A DNA stretch of 64,000 nt, from NCBI GenBank assembly GCA_026129095.1, contig JAHCIT010000003.1:1-64000 (forward strand). Reading direction: 5' to 3'. Made by a program: the position numbers and the translations under genes. Of the stretch, positions 11,759 through 21,123 are shown piece by piece. Source of the DNA: Deltaproteobacteria bacterium (GTDB lineage: Bacteria; JAGRBM01; JAHCIT01). The number at the start of each line of letters is the position of its first letter. Positions within the stretch are counted from its first letter, which is position 1. Under the pieces are notes generated by a model. That model did not search any database, was not told where the DNA came from, and saw only the letters and a list, made by a program, of their open reading frames with translations.

Positions 11759-12019
11759 TCAGCCCTTGGCGGCCGCGGCCTCCTCGAGCGGGATCACATG
11801 GACCCGCTTCCTGGCCTTGCCCCACCGGGTGAACTTCACGGTTCCCTCGGCGGTGGCGAAGATGGTGAAGTCGTTGCCCATGGCCACGTTGCGGCCGGGG
11901 TGAACCCGCGTGCCGACCTGGCGCACGATGATGTTGCCCGGCTGCACGGTCTGTCCGTCGGCGCGCTTGACGCCTCGCCGCTGCCCGTGGGAATCGCGTC
12001 CGTTAACCCGATCTGCCAT
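11759..12019 (-). CDS. rpmA: 50S ribosomal protein bL27 with a shortened N-terminus
   Basis: [32 protein letters not shown]. Lies between rplU and obgE. Confidence 0.92.
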   Translation of the reverse strand: MADRVNGRDSHGQRRGVKRADGQTVQPGNIIVRQVGTRVHPGRNVAMGNDFTIFATAEGTVKFTRWGKARKRVHVIPLEEAAAAKG

Positions 12020-12061
12020 GACTCAAAAACCTTCCTGCTGCTGCTGCTGACTGGCGCCGGC

Positions 12062-12376
12062 TCAGGCCGAGATCGCCGTCACTTCCACCCGGGACTGCTC
12101 GGCCCGGAAACCCTGACGCTTGCGGGAGTTCTTCCGCCGCCGGTGCTTCCAGATGAGAATCTTGGGGCCGCGCATCTCCTCGATCACCTTGAGCGTCACC
12201 TTCGCGCCGCTCACGTACGGTTTGCCGACCACCGTCTCGCCGCCGTCCTTTTCCACGACCAGCACCTTGTCGATGGTGACCTCGCTGCCCGGCGCGGCGT
12301 CCACCCGGTCGAGGACGAGCCTGTCGCCTTGGGCGACGCGGTACTGCTTGCCCTGGGTAATGATTACGGCGTGCAT
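12062..12376 (-). CDS. rplU: 50S ribosomal protein bL21; ATG at 12376
   Basis: MHAVIITQGKQYRV, VGKPYVSGAKV, RGPKI, RRRKNSRKRQGFR. Confidence 0.93.
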   Translation of the reverse strand: MHAVIITQGKQYRVAQGDRLVLDRVDAAPGSEVTIDKVLVVEKDGGETVVGKPYVSGAKVTLKVIEEMRGPKILIWKHRRRKNSRKRQGFRAEQSRVEVTAISA

Positions 12377-12462
12377 GCTAACTCTCCGTCTTTGCTCAGG
12401 AAACCGCCCGAAGCGGCCCTGCCGGGACACCCCCGGAAGGCGCCTTTTGTGGCCGAAACGGC

Positions 12463-13506
12463 TCAGGGAGTCAAGGGGCTATCGGAGGCGGGATTTGCCG
12501 ACAGGGTTTCCGTGAACATGGACTCGAACCGTTCCGCGATCCGGCCGTAGGCACCGGCGTTGAAATGAAAATCGTTGAACAGCATGGGGTCTTCGGGGAA
12601 ATCCTTCCGGGTAAAGACGTAATGGGGGATTCCTCGTTTCCGGTGGGCATCCAGAAGCGTTTCGAGTTCGGGAGCCTGCTCGCGGAGCATGGATGTAAAG
12701 TTCGGGATCAAGCCAGTAAGCAAATGTGTCCCATTTGTATCCAGCTCCCTTGCAAACTCCTCCCATAGGATTGTGTATGCAGTTTTCAAGTCATTGTCGT
12801 ATCCAACCGGCCAAAGAATATGCAGGAGGCTTGCTGGTGGGATCGAACTACGTATCCATTCATGCTTCCAAGCCAAATGATAATGAAAACGCAGCGAGCT
12901 TGTTGTGAGTCCTTGAAGTAAAAAGAGGGGAAAGAAGGAGTTGCTTCGGATTGCTTCCGCAGTCATTGGACTGGCGATCTCTAAGAAGTCGTTGAAAAAG
13001 AACATATGGATGACCGCGAATGGGGTAGCCCCCCCCCCCCCTTGTAATACACGATTGAGGTGTCGTCTTTGTTCGGCCAAACCTGTGCCCGGAACTCCGG
13101 CGTTGTATACACAAGCATCGAGGCCCTTTCCTTTAAGACGTCTATCAAGTTGTTCCGGCCAGGATTGTCCGTCAGGCAACAAGTGTCCCTGAGTAAATGA
13201 ATCTCCTAATGCGATGATGGGAACTGAACATCTGAACTCCGTCGGTTCTGGTGCTCGGTGGCCTAAACTATTGTTTGTGCGGATTGATCCCGACCGAAAA
13301 GGGCCTTTCCCTTTATGATCGAAAATGTATCCGGGTTTCTCACTGGCGGAAACCGAGATAAACCAGGTAAACCCGGCGGCCCGCAAGGTGAGTTCGGCCG
13401 CCACCACTCCCGCGCAGGCCAGGGCAAACGAGCCCGCGACGGCCCCCAAACGCATCCAGCCCGGATGCCGCCGGGCCGGTTTGTCCGGCAGCTTCACGCG
13501 CTCCAT
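12463..13506 (-). CDS. Membrane-anchored SGNH/GDSL hydrolase family protein; probable start ATG 13506
   Basis: N-terminal TM followed by AELTLR. Block [12 protein letters not shown], block II YNAGVPG, block III FFNDF, block V DFHFN. Start overlaps the nadA stop. Confidence 0.78.
   Translation of the reverse strand: MERVKLPDKPARRHPGWMRLGAVAGSFALACAGVVAAELTLRAAGFTWFISVSASEKPGYIFDHKGKGPFRSGSIRTNNSLGHRAPEPTEFRCSVPIIALGDSFTQGHLLPDGQSWPEQLDRRLKGKGLDACVYNAGVPGTGLAEQRRHLNRVLQGGGGATPFAVIHMFFFNDFLEIASPMTAEAIRSNSFFPLFLLQGLTTSSLRFHYHLAWKHEWIRSSIPPASLLHILWPVGYDNDLKTAYTILWEEFARELDTNGTHLLTGLIPNFTSMLREQAPELETLLDAHRKRGIPHYVFTRKDFPEDPMLFNDFHFNAGAYGRIAERFESMFTETLSANPASDSPLTP
13029..13041 (-). repeat. G13 homopolymer within the SGNH CDS (in frame)
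   Basis: 13 consecutive C on the + strand, encoding LQ-GGGG-A on the - strand. Confidence 0.9.
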
Positions 13507-14450
13507 TCGAGCATGAGCTCCAGCGGCTTGAGGGCCTTCAGCCGGACGGCCTCGTCCATCTCGATCGTGGGCTTCAGATCCCTCATGGCGGCGTAGATTT
13601 TCTCCATCGTGTTGAGCTTCATGTAGGGACACTCGTTGCAGTTGCACGATTCGTCCTCGCCGGGGGCGGGGATGAACTTCTTCCGGGGCGAGTATTTCTC
13701 CATCTGGTGGATGATGCCCGGCTCGGTGGCGACGATGAACTCGCTGGCCTCCGACTGCCGCGTGTATTCGAGGAGCGCCTTCGTCGAGCCGATGTGGTCG
13801 GCAAGGTTCAGCACCGGCGCGGTGCACTCGGGGTGTGCGATCACCTTCGCCTGGGGGTGGCGGACCTTGAGATCAATGAGTTTGCGCTCGCTGAACGTCT
13901 CGTGGACGATGCAGGTGCCGTTCCAGAGCACCATGTCGTCGCGGCCGGTCTGCTTCCTCACCCAGGCGCCGAGGTGCTTGTCCGGGGCGAAGATGACGGG
14001 CCGGTCCTTCGGGATCCGGCTGACGATCTTCACCGCGTTGGACGAGGTGCAGATCACGTCCGAGAGCGCTTTCACTGCCGCCGAGCAGTTGATGTAGCTC
14101 ACGACGAAATGGTCCGGGTGCTGCGCCCTGAACCGGGCGAACTCCGGGGCCGGGCAACCGTCGGCGAGGCTGCACCCGGCGTCCATGTCGGGGATCACGA
14201 CCGTGCGCGAGGGGTTCAGGATCTTGGCCGTCTCGGCCATGAAGTGGACGCCGCAGAAAACGATGACGTCGGCGGCGGTGGATTTGGCCGCCTGCGCGAG
14301 CTGGAGAGAGTCGCCGATGAAATCGGCGATGTCCTGGATGTCATCCTCCTGGTAGTAGTGCGCGAGGATGACGGCGTTGCGCTCCTTCTTTAGGCGCACG
14401 ATCTCGCCAGCGAGGTCCAGGGTGGGGTCGATCTTTTCGGCCAGTTCCAT
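13494..14450 (-). CDS. nadA: Quinolinate synthase A; ATG at 14450
   Basis: [61 protein letters not shown]. Confidence 0.96.
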   Translation of the reverse strand: MELAEKIDPTLDLAGEIVRLKKERNAVILAHYYQEDDIQDIADFIGDSLQLAQAAKSTAADVIVFCGVHFMAETAKILNPSRTVVIPDMDAGCSLADGCPAPEFARFRAQHPDHFVVSYINCSAAVKALSDVICTSSNAVKIVSRIPKDRPVIFAPDKHLGAWVRKQTGRDDMVLWNGTCIVHETFSERKLIDLKVRHPQAKVIAHPECTAPVLNLADHIGSTKALLEYTRQSEASEFIVATEPGIIHQMEKYSPRKKFIPAPGEDESCNCNECPYMKLNTMEKIYAAMRDLKPTIEMDEAVRLKALKPLELMLEWSA

Positions 14451-14639
14451 GTTGTCGTCCGTGGCTCCGCCGGGTGTAACCCGGTTGCGGGCATCAGCGC
14501 CGCTGACGCCTTGTGTCAGTGTGGGGTCGGGCGAGGGGGTTTTCAAGGCGGCGCGCTGGTGTCTTGAGTCACTGTTTTTCGCTGGAGCCCCGGTTAGGCT
14601 TCTCCCCGGGCTGGGCCATTTTTCAGGAGGAAAATACAA

Positions 14640-15245
14640 GTGCTGAACATCCGGTTTTCACCCTTGCAGTGTATGGTGTTTCTGGCTGTCCTTTTCAGCG
14701 GGGCATCACCGGTCCGAGCCGACGGCAACTGGGTGCTGGGGGCGCGGGGCGGCATTTCGTGGATCCTGCAGAAGGTGGACGGCAACAAGGACGCCGACGC
14801 GGGCGGGCACCTGAACATTCACGGCGGGTACCGCATCGCCAAGCCGCTGCTGGTGGGCCTGATGCTGGACGCCGAACGCCACGACGTCCGGCAGGGCACC
14901 CTGAAGCTGGGCGACCACTACACCTTTTCCGTTCTCCCCTTCGCCGAGGCCCGCCTCGACCTGCCGGGAATGCCGGTGGTGCCGTTCGCCAATCTGGGCA
15001 TCGGCGTCAACATCAACGATCTAGACGACGATCCGAGCTTCGGGGCGCTGAATGCCCGGAACAAGGAGGCCTACCGCTTCGGTATCGGGGCCGACTGGGT
15101 ATTCGCGGATACGGCCGCCGTGACGATGGAGCTTGCCTACAAGATCAACGACTCCAGCATCCGGAGCGCGGCGGCTAGCGTGACGAGCGGCAGCTACCGG
15201 ATGAACTCGCTCGCGCTCCTGTTCGGCGCCCGGCTGATTTTCTGA
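14640..15245 (+). CDS. Small (probably 8-stranded) outer-membrane beta-barrel protein
   Basis: AGGAGG SD before a GTG start, signal peptide, alternating amphipathic strands, C-terminal ...LLFGARLIF beta-signal. Confidence 0.75.
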   Translation: MLNIRFSPLQCMVFLAVLFSGASPVRADGNWVLGARGGISWILQKVDGNKDADAGGHLNIHGGYRIAKPLLVGLMLDAERHDVRQGTLKLGDHYTFSVLPFAEARLDLPGMPVVPFANLGIGVNINDLDDDPSFGALNARNKEAYRFGIGADWVFADTAAVTMELAYKINDSSIRSAAASVTSGSYRMNSLALLFGARLIF

Positions 15246-15393
15246 TTGGCGGCCGGTTCTCAGGAAGCGACTCTGGTTGTGGTGGAGCGAGTTCGCCAAC
15301 TGGAAAAAAAAATGTATATTAGTGTCGCAGCGATTTAGTATAATCCGCATAACTGTGTTATCATGCTTTAGAAAAGCTTGAAGAGGAGGAAGT

Positions 15394-16047
15394 ATGCGAA
15401 CACCTGGATGGGCAACTGTGTACATTTTTTCGATTTTTATAATGACAGGGGTTCTGCTGGCGGGTTCTGCCGCGGCGCAGGAACCGGCTGATGACGGCAT
15501 TGTCTACGGAACGGCGCGGCGGCAGAACTACTGGCTCGGCGGGTTGAGGGCCGGATTGTCGCTGGTTCCGGCAAAGGTTGCCTATGGTGGTGTGAAGGCG
15601 GATCCCGGACCCCATGTGAATGCTTCCTTTGCGAGGGTTATTGACGATATTGTGGCAATCGGGCTGATGTCAGAATGGGAAAGTCATGACTTGAAAGTCG
15701 GTGGCCTGAAGGCGGGGACCGGCCACGTCGTTTCGATTATTCCCTATGCTGAAGCGCGGGCACGGCTGACGGGTTCGAAAGTTGTGTTGACCGGAAGTTT
15801 TGGGCTTGGTGCCAATATCAACTTTTTCGATATGGCTCCCGGTGTCACACCGAAGGTCAAGCCGAATCCCATGGTTGCGTTCAGGCTTGCGGTGGGCGGC
15901 GAGTATGAAGTGAAGGAAAACGCGTTCCTGGGACTTGAGATTGCCTACAAGACGAACAACGCAAAAGCGGAGATTGGTAACCTGGGCAAGGACAATTACC
16001 GCTACAACTCTCTCGCCTTCCTGTTCGGCGGGAAACTGGCCTTCTGA
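15394..16047 (+). CDS. Paralogous small outer-membrane beta-barrel protein
   Basis: GAGGAGG SD, signal peptide, motifs shared with the upstream gene (EIAYKTN vs ELAYKIN; YRYNSLAFLFGGKLAF vs [16 protein letters not shown]), terminal Phe. Confidence 0.75.
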   Translation: MRTPGWATVYIFSIFIMTGVLLAGSAAAQEPADDGIVYGTARRQNYWLGGLRAGLSLVPAKVAYGGVKADPGPHVNASFARVIDDIVAIGLMSEWESHDLKVGGLKAGTGHVVSIIPYAEARARLTGSKVVLTGSFGLGANINFFDMAPGVTPKVKPNPMVAFRLAVGGEYEVKENAFLGLEIAYKTNNAKAEIGNLGKDNYRYNSLAFLFGGKLAF

Positions 16048-16153
16048 CCCGGTAGCCCCGCCCGTTTATTGACACTCCCGCCGGTTTTCGCCAGACGGAT
16101 GAGTCCGGGTTCTGATGCCCGGACTCATTTCTTTTCCGGGGGGATTTTCCGTC

Positions 16154-17458
16154 ATGCCCATCCTCGTCTCCAAGACCTACTGGCTCGGAATGCCGTTCAA
16201 CTTCCGTATCTGGCCGGAGCACGCCCAGTGCGAGCCGGTGACGATGAAGGCGGACGACTTCCGCGAGCTTCGCGGCCTCTACTGGACGGCGAAGGGGAAC
16301 GAAAAGCCCAGGATCGGTGTCGTGGTCATGCACCCCCGTGCGGACTTTACCCACCACTACATCGTCCCGCGCTTCACGAAGGCCGGGTTTGCCGTGCTGG
16401 GTGCCAACACGCGCAACCCCAACAACGACACCAACACGATCCACGAGGAGATCATTCTCGATGCCAACGCCTGCGTGAAATACCTCAAGGACGTGAAGGG
16501 CTGCCAGAAGGTGCTCCTGTTCGGGAACTCCGGCGGCGGCAGCCTGTTCGCCTTCTTCCAGGCCCAGGCCCGGCTCGCGCCGCAGCAGCGGCTGAGCCAT
16601 GACCCGGCCGGCATTCCCGTCGCGCTTAAAGGCGCCAAGATGGTCCCGGCCGATGGCATCATCCTCTGCTCGGCCCACAAGGGCGAGGGGAAGATCATGA
16701 ACGAGTGCATCGACCCGTCGGTCGTGGATGAACGGAACCCGGAACTTACCGACCCCGATCTCGACATGTACGACCCGCGTAACGGCTTCCGGGAGCCGCC
16801 CGACTGGACCGAGTACTCGACGGAGTTCTGCGAACGGTTCCGGGCGGCTCAGATCGCCCGCGTGAAGCGGATCGACGGCATCGCCAGGGGCTACATCGAC
16901 GAGTTCCGCCGGGCGGAACTGCTCCGCGCTGATCCGGAGTTCAAGAAGCTCCCCTACGAGAAACGGATGCGGATACTCCGGCAAGAAGCGTTCGAGCCGG
17001 TGATGGTGATCTACCGGACGATGGCGAACCTGCACTATGTGGACCGGCACCTGGACCCTTCGGACCGTCCCTACGGCTCGCTCATCAGCGAGCGGCCGGA
17101 CCTCATGAACTGGCAGTACCTGGGCTTCGGCCGCATGTGCACACCGCGGGCGTGGCTCTCCACCTGGTCGGGGGTATCGTCGAAGGCCGACCTGCGTGCG
17201 AACCTGAAGCAGATCGAGGAACCGGTGATCGTCGTGAACGCCGGACGCGACAACGAGATTTTCCCCAACACCGACGCCAAACCGATCTACGAGGCCGTGG
17301 TCTCAAAGGACCGCAAGTACGTCAACTTCCCGGAAGCGCTCCACTACTTCGAGCCGCCCTTCGGCCAGAAGGAGACGCCGGACGTGGACAAGCTCATGGA
17401 CCTGCTGGTTCCGTGGGTGGAGGAACGGTTCGCTTCGGCGGCTCCCGCAACTTCCTGA
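16154..17458 (+). CDS. Alpha/beta-hydrolase fold protein (alternative start 16115)
   Basis: Nucleophile elbow LFGNSGGGS, candidate acid in AGRDNEI and His in EALHYF. Confidence 0.75.
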   Translation: MPILVSKTYWLGMPFNFRIWPEHAQCEPVTMKADDFRELRGLYWTAKGNEKPRIGVVVMHPRADFTHHYIVPRFTKAGFAVLGANTRNPNNDTNTIHEEIILDANACVKYLKDVKGCQKVLLFGNSGGGSLFAFFQAQARLAPQQRLSHDPAGIPVALKGAKMVPADGIILCSAHKGEGKIMNECIDPSVVDERNPELTDPDLDMYDPRNGFREPPDWTEYSTEFCERFRAAQIARVKRIDGIARGYIDEFRRAELLRADPEFKKLPYEKRMRILRQEAFEPVMVIYRTMANLHYVDRHLDPSDRPYGSLISERPDLMNWQYLGFGRMCTPRAWLSTWSGVSSKADLRANLKQIEEPVIVVNAGRDNEIFPNTDAKPIYEAVVSKDRKYVNFPEALHYFEPPFGQKETPDVDKLMDLLVPWVEERFASAAPATS

Positions 17459-17565
17459 AAGGATTCCGCGCCCGCCGGGACCAGTTCCCAGCGGGCGCGC
17501 AGTTTTTCCGGGTGGTAGAACGGCTCGTCGTCCAGCAGGAAGACCTGCCGTCCGGCGGCGAGATA

Positions 17566-18729
17566 TCACTCTTCCGGCGGCGGGAGCGTGATTGTCCGGA
17601 ACCGTTCGTTCACACCCTCGGCCACGTACAGGATGTGGGTGCGCCAGTCGACTCTCAGGCCGCGGGGCTGGTTGAACATCGCCTCGGTGGCCGGTCCGCC
17701 GTCGCCGGAAAATCCGGCCTCACCCGTTCCGGCGATGGTGGTGATGACACCGGTCCGGGCGTCCACCCGCCGGATCTGATGTCCCGGCGCGTCGGCGACA
17801 TACAGGTTCCCAAAGGCATCGAAGGCGATGGCATGGGGCGAAAAGACGCTGGCCCCGGTGGCTGGCCCGCCGTCGCCCGAAGCCGCAGCTTCGCCATTAC
17901 CGACAACCGTGGTGATGATGCCCGTCACGGCGTCGATCCGCCGGACCCGGCGGTTGCCTGCGTCGCAGAAGAGGTAGTTCCCGGCCGGATCGAAATCCCC
18001 GTTGGCCGGGAAGCTCACCTGTGCATCCACAGCCGGTCCGTCATCGCCGGAGAATGCAGCAGTACCGTCACCTGCGATGGTGTCGATCTTGCCGGTGGCC
18101 GCATCGATTCGCCGGATCCGGTGGTTGTTGAAATCCGCGATGAAGATGTTGCCCCCGCCGTCGATGGCGATGCCATGAGGGCGGGCAATTTCGGCCTCGA
18201 TGGCCGGTCCGCCGTCGCCCGAGAAGCCTTCGGCTCCGCCGCCCGTGACGGTGCGGATGATTCCGGTATGAGCCTCGATCTTGCGCAAGCGGTTGGAGTT
18301 CAGCTCCACGAAGTGGAGGCTGCCCGCCGCATCGCGGGCCAGTTCGCGGGGCCGGGCGAGCCGGGCGTTCACTGCCGGTCCGCCGTCGCCATCATCCTCG
18401 CTGTCGCCGTTCCCCTCGACACCCGTTCCGGCGATGGTGGTGATGATGCCGGTTTCACCGTCAATCCGCCGGATCCGGTGGTTGCGGACATCCGTCACGT
18501 ACACATTGCTGAGCCCGTCGATCACAATGCCGCCCGGCAGATGGAAACTGGCCTCCAGTGCCGGTCCGCCGTCGCCGCTGAAACCCTGGGTTCCGTTGCC
18601 CGCGAACGTCTGGACGATGCCGTAAACGGGCGGCTCCTCGGTTTCGATCACGGGCGCCGGATCGTTTCCGCAGGCAACAAGTGGCAGGCAAAGCAGTGCG
18701 GTAAATAGCGGGCGGGTTAACAGGTTCAA
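17566..18729 (-). CDS. NHL-repeat beta-propeller lipoprotein; probable TTG start 18729
   Basis: Lipobox-like LLCLPLVA-C. About six repeats of GDGGPAxxA...PxGIxxD..GNxYxAD..NHRIRRID..TGIITTIAGTG. Confidence 0.85.
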   Translation of the reverse strand: MNLLTRPLFTALLCLPLVACGNDPAPVIETEEPPVYGIVQTFAGNGTQGFSGDGGPALEASFHLPGGIVIDGLSNVYVTDVRNHRIRRIDGETGIITTIAGTGVEGNGDSEDDGDGGPAVNARLARPRELARDAAGSLHFVELNSNRLRKIEAHTGIIRTVTGGGAEGFSGDGGPAIEAEIARPHGIAIDGGGNIFIADFNNHRIRRIDAATGKIDTIAGDGTAAFSGDDGPAVDAQVSFPANGDFDPAGNYLFCDAGNRRVRRIDAVTGIITTVVGNGEAAASGDGGPATGASVFSPHAIAFDAFGNLYVADAPGHQIRRVDARTGVITTIAGTGEAGFSGDGGPATEAMFNQPRGLRVDWRTHILYVAEGVNERFRTITLPPPEE

Positions 18730-18796
18730 GCAGGAATCCCCTTCATGGGGGTGCCTTTTGTCATGGAAGTGCCGGGAATGGCAACAGCCTGATCGT

Positions 18797-19447
18797 TCAG
18801 GGGGTTTCCGCATTGCGGCGGGCCTTGGCGGCAACCGATTCGATCCGGGCGGTCGCGGTGCGGACCGACTGTTCCAGCGACAGTTCGGGTTCCACCCAGT
18901 ACCAGTCGTCCCGCCGCCTGAAGCGGGCATACTGTGACCGGACTTTTTCCAGAAACTCCTTTTTCTCGAAGCTGTCGTGTCCTTCCGGGCGGGACGCCCG
19001 GATCCGCTCCAGCGCCGTATCGACGTTGCAGTCGATCCAGACGACGAGGTCGGGCCTGGGAAACTCGGCTTCGCTCAGGTGCAGTATCCGGTCCGGATCA
19101 ACGCCCATGGAGCCCTGGTAGGCGGCACTCGAAAAATAGTAGCGGTCGGTAATGACGATCTGGCGGTTCACGAGGGCGGGGTACAGCTCGCGGCTGGCAT
19201 GCTCGCGCCGGTCCTCGTGGAACAGCCGGAAGATTTCCGCCCCGTCGTCCGCTTTCCCCTCGTTCACCAGCCGTCTAATCTCGCGGCCGTACTGCCCGTC
19301 TGTCGGTTCCCGCGTCCAGCGGACCGGGTAGCCCTTCCGGCGCAGCTCCTCGAAGACGAGCTTGCTCTGGGTGGTCTTGCCGCTTCCGTCGATACCCTCG
19401 TAGGCGATGAGCAGGCCACGGGGAACGGTGAGATTGGGCGGGTTCAT
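18797..19447 (-). CDS. tmk: Thymidylate kinase
   Basis: EGIDGSGKTTQ, TREP, ITDRYYFSSAAYQG, FEKKEFLEKVR. Confidence 0.95.
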   Translation of the reverse strand: MNPPNLTVPRGLLIAYEGIDGSGKTTQSKLVFEELRRKGYPVRWTREPTDGQYGREIRRLVNEGKADDGAEIFRLFHEDRREHASRELYPALVNRQIVITDRYYFSSAAYQGSMGVDPDRILHLSEAEFPRPDLVVWIDCNVDTALERIRASRPEGHDSFEKKEFLEKVRSQYARFRRRDDWYWVEPELSLEQSVRTATARIESVAAKARRNAETP

Positions 19448-19491
19448 GGGCGGAGGCGATCATGCGACGAACCGGGGGAGCCGTGCAAGGG

Positions 19492-20553
19492 ATGATCGAG
19501 ATGCGCCCAGTGATACCGGCTGTCGTCATGGCGGTCCTGCTGCCGCTGGCCGTTCTGGCTGGCGGTGAAGGCGACGCCTACGCGGCCCGTCACAAGGGGC
19601 GGTTTCCCGGCAAATGTCTTGAAGACGCGAAGAAACACCTGTCTGCCCTTGAAAAATCGGACAAATCCGCGCCGGCGGCACGCAAGGGGCTGGAGGCGCT
19701 CGTCGCTGCCGGGTGCGGCGATTCACTGATCGAGGCCCGGCTGGGAACGCTGAGGCTCGATTCCGATCCGGCGGCGGCAAGAAAGCACTTCGAGGCGGCC
19801 ACCTCGCTAGCGGCGGACTATCCGGACCTGAAACCTCTGGCAGCGTCGGTCCTGTTCAATCTCGCCTACCTGCTGGAGAAGGCGGGCGACCTGGACGGGG
19901 CCGAAACGAGATACCGGGGGGTTCTGGACGCGGACCACGGTTATGCCAATGCCCGCACGTCGCTCATTACCCTCTACCAGAAACGGGCCCGCGCCCGCAT
20001 CGCCGCGGGTGATGCGACCGGTGCCATCGCGGATATCGACGCCGCCATTGCCGAGGCGGATATATCCGAGAACCAGTACGGCATGCGCTTCCGGGTTTTT
20101 CGCGAACAACTCGCCATCCAGGCGGTTGAAATCCTCGTGGCGTCGAAGCGGTTCGACGCGGTGGACGAGTATCTGGGCCGTTTCAGGGCGGAAAAGAACA
20201 CGCGGGGGATACTGAAGGCGGCGGCACTGATGAACGCCGCGGGACACCGGGCAGGCGAGGAGAAGGCCTACGAGATGGCTTTCGATACCGACTCCACCCT
20301 GCATGAGCCGGTCATCCTGTGGGCCGAGCTTTATGAAAACGCGGGCGATCTCGCTCGCGCCGAGGCGATCTACCGCCGGGCGCTGGAAAAAAACTCCCGG
20401 CTGTCGCGGGTGCGCTATGCGCTTGGCGTGGTTCTGTACAATCAGGGCAGGATGAAAGAGGGCGTTGCCGAGGTAGAGCAGGCGTCCAGCGAACTGCCCA
20501 CCTCGGCCGAGTTCCGCGAAACCCTGGAAGAGATGAAAGCCGGCATGCGGTGA
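19492..20553 (+). CDS. Secreted tetratricopeptide-repeat protein (start 19492 or 19501)
   Basis: Signal peptide. TPR-like helices (LFNLAYLL..GDLDGAETRY; YALGVVLYNQGRMKEG). Confidence 0.7.
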   Translation: MIEMRPVIPAVVMAVLLPLAVLAGGEGDAYAARHKGRFPGKCLEDAKKHLSALEKSDKSAPAARKGLEALVAAGCGDSLIEARLGTLRLDSDPAAARKHFEAATSLAADYPDLKPLAASVLFNLAYLLEKAGDLDGAETRYRGVLDADHGYANARTSLITLYQKRARARIAAGDATGAIADIDAAIAEADISENQYGMRFRVFREQLAIQAVEILVASKRFDAVDEYLGRFRAEKNTRGILKAAALMNAAGHRAGEEKAYEMAFDTDSTLHEPVILWAELYENAGDLARAEAIYRRALEKNSRLSRVRYALGVVLYNQGRMKEGVAEVEQASSELPTSAEFRETLEEMKAGMR

Positions 20554-20608
20554 AGCGCGGGGTATCCACGGCCGCGGTTCACCAGCTACAGTAAAGCCCG
20601 GCGAAAAC

Positions 20609-21112
20609 ATGACAGAGACTCCCGCCAGAGACACAACCTCCATCTGTCCGGTCAGGCTCCTCCCCGGCGAGGTGCCTGATGGTGCCGGCCTGTGGGCTGT
20701 CGAACTGGCCCGCAGGGGGCCGCGGTTCGATGGCTGGCTGGGACAGATCGACTGGTGGACGGGCGGGGTCTTGAGGACCTGGCGGCCGGAACTGTGCCGG
20801 GACGGCAAGGCAGACCTGTTTGTCGGTCTGGACTGGCTCCTGTCCGAGGGCCTTCTGGTCCTTCCAGGTCCCCCGGACAGATCGGATGCGGCCTGTGTCA
20901 CATGGGCGAAAAGCATCGTCGAGCGTGCACGCGGGCTGGGTGTCAGCGAACTATCCATCGGGCTGAACCGGATCGGCCGGGGAGAGGGAGAGATGGACAG
21001 GATCGTGGATCTTCTCGGCCGTGAACTGGCAACGCCGGGGATTGAGATCCGGGTCTGGACGGGCGGCCTGTTCGATCCGTTGCGGGACGGGTATCCCGCC
21101 GGAAGCGGCTGA
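20609..21112 (+). CDS. Hypothetical protein, possibly a stand-alone M17 peptidase N-terminal (macro-like) domain
   Basis: GWLGQIDWWTGGVL resembles the GxxDWxxxG motif of stand-alone M17-N proteins seen in myxobacteria-like genomes. Fills the gap in an apparent operon. Confidence 0.4.
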   Translation: MTETPARDTTSICPVRLLPGEVPDGAGLWAVELARRGPRFDGWLGQIDWWTGGVLRTWRPELCRDGKADLFVGLDWLLSEGLLVLPGPPDRSDAACVTWAKSIVERARGLGVSELSIGLNRIGRGEGEMDRIVDLLGRELATPGIEIRVWTGGLFDPLRDGYPAGSG

Positions 21113-21123
21113 GCGGGACTGCC

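Noticed and set aside
12036-12049. (CTG)4 microsatellite between rplU and rpmA
   Set aside because: It is too short to be significant in GC-rich DNA.
13507-13827. N-terminal extension of the SGNH ORF, and similar extensions of gloA, nadA, rplU and the NHL gene
   Set aside because: They overlap neighbouring genes or promoters, and better starts with an SD or family-typical N-termini lie downstream.
17566-18640. DNA repeats suggesting a diversity-generating or mobile element
   Set aside because: They are explained by degenerate NHL protein repeats. No reverse transcriptase or template/variable repeat pair is present.
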